Part shown: piece after piece, positions 60,269-64,000 of the stretch | How positions within the stretch are numbered: the stretch's first letter is position 1 | How the letters are laid out: each line of letters opens with the position of its first letter | Assembly: GCA_963711835.1 (NCBI GenBank) | Contig: CAVQFQ010000017.1 | Coordinates: 192,001-256,000, forward strand | From: an uncultured delta proteobacterium | GTDB lineage: Bacteria; Desulfobacterota; RBG-13-43-22 | Length of the DNA stretch: 64,000 bases | Direction: 5' to 3' | Translations under genes and position numbers: made by a program | Notes under the pieces: model-generated | Seen by the model: the letters and a program-made list of their open reading frames with translations, nothing else | The model's database searches: none | Told to the model about the DNA's origin: nothing

Positions 60269-61633
60269 TCAAGTCAAGGGATTTTCCCGGCAATGGGACA
60301 GAATAAAATCTTCCAGAAGAAAAGCCGGGGTGGTGCCGCTGGTTTTGAGTAGGCGATCGGTTTCATGAAGGGATTTCAGGGCTGTTAGGAGTTCTTCCTG
60401 GGTAAAATTATTGGCCGCTTTGAGGGTGTTAAAAAGGACGTAGGGATGGGTTTTGGAAAGGTGTTCCGGCAGGGGAGCCTGTTTCAGGCGAGGCATGACC
60501 CTGGCGGAAAAGGCGCTGAAATCCCTCCAGGACTGCTGCGGGAGATCGGAAGTCCGCTGCAGCAATTCATGGGCCACTAAAAGCCGGCGGAAGGCATTGA
60601 TAATTCCCGTCAGGATCTGCAGAGGGTTATAGCCCTGCTCCCAGAGCTGACGGAGGACCCTCAGCCCTTGCTCGGGATTCCGGTCCCCTAAAAAGGCGGT
60701 CAACTCATACAGGGGTTCTTCCCGGCCGGCCCCAACCACTTCGCTGATGTCCTTGGGGAGGATCTGCTTTCGGTCTCCCAGATAAGAGATCAGCTTCTGG
60801 ATTTCCATTTCCAAAAGGAAGACCTCGGCCCCGACCCGTTCCAGCAAGAGGGCTTCGGCCTGGGGGTGAATCGTTCCGCCCTCTTTAAGAAGGCGCTCCC
60901 GGAGATAGCTTTTCAGGGTAGCGGTCTGCTCCCCTTTCTTGGACTGTCTCAGGGAAAGATCAATCACGATCCCGTATTCCTCCAGGATTTTCAGGATCTT
61001 TTTTTTCCCTGGAAGGGTTTCAGTCAAGAGGATTAAGAGGTGGTTTTTCGGAAAGCCTTTTTTAAGGGCTGATTCCAGCATTTGATCAGGGTGGTCCCCT
61101 GAGGAGGGTCCAAACCTTTCTTTCGGAAGGTGTTGAAGGGCTTCTTTGAACCAAGGCGGCAGAGCGCTTTCCTTCTCCGGCAGGATCTTCCGGGCCAGGG
61201 AGTCGGCTTCTCCATTCAAGCCCTCCTGCACATCGTGAAGAGACAGGCCGGCATTCCGGAAGAGGGTCAGAAGATAGGTGCCGCAGCGATCGGCCTGGCC
61301 TTTTTGCCAGGCTTCCTCGGCCTTTTTCCAGAGCCGCTCTTCTTTTTCGGCTGAGAGGATTTGAATCGGATTCCTGACTGAAACGACTTTTCGTCCCGGG
61401 AAGAAGGGAAAGGTCTGAAGATGTTCCAGGATAGAAGGCAGATCCTCTTTTTCGCCATCCAGGGCTTCAAGATTAAAAGAGCGCACCTCTTCCGGGATAA
61501 GGCGATCAATCAGTTGCTGATGGACTTCCTGGGTCAGGTAGGGGTCCCCGGCCAGGAGATATACCGGAGCGGTCCGGCCTTTTTCAACCTGTTTTAACAA
61601 TCGGGGAACATCTTTATAAGCAAAAATTGGCAT
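60269..61633 (-). CDS. holA: DNA polymerase III delta subunit
   Basis: PVYLLAGD, FNLEALDG, TFPFF, EIQKLISY and DRLLKTSG. Confidence 0.85.
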   Translation of the reverse strand: MPIFAYKDVPRLLKQVEKGRTAPVYLLAGDPYLTQEVHQQLIDRLIPEEVRSFNLEALDGEKEDLPSILEHLQTFPFFPGRKVVSVRNPIQILSAEKEERLWKKAEEAWQKGQADRCGTYLLTLFRNAGLSLHDVQEGLNGEADSLARKILPEKESALPPWFKEALQHLPKERFGPSSGDHPDQMLESALKKGFPKNHLLILLTETLPGKKKILKILEEYGIVIDLSLRQSKKGEQTATLKSYLRERLLKEGGTIHPQAEALLLERVGAEVFLLEMEIQKLISYLGDRKQILPKDISEVVGAGREEPLYELTAFLGDRNPEQGLRVLRQLWEQGYNPLQILTGIINAFRRLLVAHELLQRTSDLPQQSWRDFSAFSARVMPRLKQAPLPEHLSKTHPYVLFNTLKAANNFTQEELLTALKSLHETDRLLKTSGTTPAFLLEDFILSHCRENPLT

Positions 61634-61819
61634 GAGGTACCTGTCACTAAAAGAGAAAAAGGGCCATGGCCGGGCCGGCCGGCCGCTTGATCCAAACCTT
61701 CAAGCCTACCAGGAGCAGGATCGGGGTCCAGGAGAGCAGGAAACGACGGAAATTCATAACCGGGTTTATATCAGGTAATCGCTTAAAAAAGAAGACTTGA
61801 AAATTCAAGAGGGGACAAT

Positions 61820-61847
61820 AAAAAAAGGCCCCTCCAGAGAGGGGCCT
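61820..61847 (-). terminator. Intrinsic terminator after dodecin
   Basis: Minus strand AGGCCCCTC-tct-GGAGGGGCCTTTTTTT. Confidence 0.75.
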
Positions 61848-61868
61848 CAAAATTCCTTTTAAGCCCGG

Positions 61869-62078
61869 TTACGATTCCAAGACAAAGATAACTTCCAGTT
61901 TGACGCGATATTCGATCACCTTGTTGTTTTCCACTGCTATTCTCTGCTCCAGAACCCTCATCCCAGTGATTCCCCGCAAGGTCTTGATAGCTCGCTTGAA
62001 CCCTGCCTGGATCGCATCATCAAAGCTTTTTGGTGAAGCGGCGATAATGTCAGTAACTCTGGCAACCCGACTGGCCAT
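61869..62078 (-). CDS. Dodecin-family protein
   Basis: S.KSFDDAI..A.KTLRGI..EYRVKLEV.FVLE; AGGAGG RBS. Confidence 0.88.
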   Translation of the reverse strand: MASRVARVTDIIAASPKSFDDAIQAGFKRAIKTLRGITGMRVLEQRIAVENNKVIEYRVKLEVIFVLES

Positions 62079-62350
62079 ATGATCACCTCCTTTCTCCGTT
62101 AAACAGTAGAACCTCCTTTTAATCATCCAAGTCTGAAGGGTAAGGCCATTCCCTTTCCTGGCCGGTAGAGTAAAACACCTTTTCGTAATATTATCCGCTA
62201 ATATTTTTAGCATATCCTGCCGTGATTAGCAAGGAAAAGATGGCCTTATAATCATTATTTAGTTGAAATAATTATTCTAATTACTCCTTGACTTTTAACC
62301 GCAAGGGAATATATAACTGCAATTAAACCAATTCAGATTAGGGAAGGGCT

Positions 62351-62575
62351 ATGGAGTGGGAAGTGTTTGAGATTCTTGAAGAAAAAATAGATCTGGTTAT
62401 GGATAAGATTCAGACCCTGAGCCGAGAGAATACCAAATTAAAACAGAAAGTTCAGGAACAGGAGGGTTTGGTTCAAGCGGCCCAAGAACAGTTGGACAAT
62501 CTGGAAGAAGAAAAAGAGATTATTAAGGGCAAGGTAGGCAGCATTCTTGATAAAATTAACCAGGTATTAGTTTAA
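62351..62575 (+). CDS. zapB: ZapB-like coiled-coil protein
   Basis: FEILEEKI coiled coil directly upstream of zapA. Confidence 0.7.
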   Translation: MEWEVFEILEEKIDLVMDKIQTLSRENTKLKQKVQEQEGLVQAAQEQLDNLEEEKEIIKGKVGSILDKINQVLV

Positions 62576-62587
62576 TCCTTAAAACCG

Positions 62588-62899
62588 GTGACCAAAATTT
62601 TTAAGGCCGAAATCTTAGGGCAGGAATTTACGCTTCGGGGCGACTTGGAGGGCGACCTTATTGATCAGGTGGCTCAACTGGTCAATCAAAAAATTCAGGA
62701 AGTCCATTCTACCCTGCCGACCAATAATAAGACCCATCTTTCGATTATGGCCGCCTTAAACATTGCCTATGATTATTTAACGGTCAAGGCCGAGTTGGAT
62801 CAACTGGCCAGACTGATGGATCAAAAAAGCCGGCATTGGATAACCAAATTAGAGGGCTGGTCCGGGAATTCATCCTCGACCGAGGATGATTTAATATAG
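62588..62899 (+). CDS. zapA: Cell division protein ZapA
   Basis: EILGQEFTL..VA..VN.KI..IMAALNIA. Confidence 0.9.
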   Translation: MTKIFKAEILGQEFTLRGDLEGDLIDQVAQLVNQKIQEVHSTLPTNNKTHLSIMAALNIAYDYLTVKAELDQLARLMDQKSRHWITKLEGWSGNSSSTEDDLI

Positions 62900-63289
62900 A
62901 TGTGATTTTTAGAAGGAAGAACAGAAAGCAGGCTACACCAAAGAGGTTTGGGTCAGCGATATACGTGAGACTGTTTGCATTAAAGGGGTTTATTTCAAAG
63001 CCGTAATACCCATCCGGTAGCGCTGTTTTCCTCCAGGGAAAACCTCCCTGAATATTCCTTCGCCTGGTTTTCGAAACCGGGATCCATGTTCGTTTTAATC
63101 CATTTTATTAACAAAAAGATACTGTTGTAAATTAAAAGCGCGCCTGGTCTCTGTGGTTTTTTAAGCCGAATAGGATGGGGGGTCGGTGAACGTTTTACAC
63201 CCCTGACAACCATTTATCTTTTTCGAGATTCCCAGGTCAACGGAGATTTGCCGTAAGCTGGGCTGGGAATCTTTAACTTAAAGGAAATT

Positions 63290-64000
63290 ATGGCTATTTC
63301 ATCCCAATTCATAGGTGTGGTTGGCGGTATCCTGTTGGCCCTTTTCTTGGGTATCCTGTTCGGTTTCCTGGCCCGGAAAAAGCTGACCGAGAGTAAGGTC
63401 GAGTCCATTGAATCGCTGTCAAAAAAGATTGTTGAAGAAGCCAAAAAGGAAGCTGAAACGGTAAAGAAGGAGGCCATGCTCCAGGCCAAGGACAATCTTT
63501 ACCAGATGAAAATGGAGTTCGAAAAGGAAACTAAAGAAAGACGGCAGGAGATTCAGGATCAGGAGAAACGCATTCAGAATAAAGAGCAGAACCTGGATCG
63601 TAAAATAGAGCTGATTGAAAGAAGGGAAACCGACTTCGAGAAAAAAGACCGCCAGTTATCCCAGAAGGAAAAGGAAACCTCCGACCTGAAGGACAACTAC
63701 GAACATTTATTGGAAGAAGGGCGTAAAAAATTGGAGTATCAGGCCGGCATTTCCTCCCAGGAGGCCAAGGAATTATTGCTCCAGTCCATGGAAAACGAGG
63801 CCAAACATGAAGCCGTCAAAAGCATCCGCCGTATTGAAAACGAAGCCAAGGAGATGGCCGATAAAAAAGCCAAAGAGATTATTTCCCTGGCGGTTAAACG
63901 CTATGCCGGGGATTATGTGGCTGAGAAGACCGTTTCCTATGTAAACCTGCCCAACGAAGAAATGAAGGGGCGCATCATCGGGCGGGAAGGAAGGAATATC
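63290..64000 (+). CDS. rny: Ribonuclease Y (3' partial; not in the ORF track)
   Basis: N-terminal TM helix, coiled coil, ends LPNEEMKGRIIGREGRNI (KH motif). Confidence 0.95.
   Translation, partial: MAISSQFIGVVGGILLALFLGILFGFLARKKLTESKVESIESLSKKIVEEAKKEAETVKKEAMLQAKDNLYQMKMEFEKETKERRQEIQDQEKRIQNKEQNLDRKIELIERRETDFEKKDRQLSQKEKETSDLKDNYEHLLEEGRKKLEYQAGISSQEAKELLLQSMENEAKHEAVKSIRRIENEAKEMADKKAKEIISLAVKRYAGDYVAEKTVSYVNLPNEEMKGRIIGREGRNI

Noticed and set aside
61647-61850. Small ORF upstream of holA
   Set aside because: Short, overlaps a terminator, and has no recognisable homology or clear RBS.
62080-62220. Riboswitch upstream of dodecin
   Set aside because: No FMN, c-di-GMP or other aptamer consensus is recognisable.

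Overview
A 64-kb, moderately GC-rich chromosomal segment that looks like an anaerobic Desulfobacterota (deltaproteobacterial) genome. (1) 1-15.8 kb: a conserved but functionally unresolved cluster of TauE/SafE permeases, DVU0150/DUF4881-type partners, two USPs, a Cache-type histidine kinase, two stand-alone receiver proteins and three PEP-synthase-like paralogues, one lacking the catalytic core; a clear sigma54 promoter drives the left-pointing operon. (2) 16-26.6 kb: carboxyltransferase subunit, MoxR AAA ATPase, disulfide oxidoreductase, truncated gnd, phoU and large hypothetical genes. (3) 27-45 kb: addA/addB fused to a defence island with a WYL regulator, three intact TA pairs, an orphan antitoxin, several 3' gene remnants and a type IIG-like restriction-modification enzyme translationally coupled to a DprA/SLOG-like protein. 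A near-identical 33-bp promoter/operator lies both in front of the WYL gene and upstream of the RM gene, 6.3 kb apart. (4) 45-64 kb: acyl-CoA oxidation and electron-transfer genes (acyl-CoA dehydrogenase, ferredoxin-fused EtfA, EtfB, membrane Fe-S oxidoreductase, thiolase), gap, holA, dodecin, zapB-zapA and partial rny. A dispersed nested-hairpin repeat family (5 copies, with full, empty-shell and re-shelled forms and compensatory base changes) sits in intergenic gaps. Four single-base frameshifts all fall in homopolymers and may be sequencing errors. No rRNA, tRNA, CRISPR array, integrase or transposase was seen. Family assignments come from motif recognition, not database searches.
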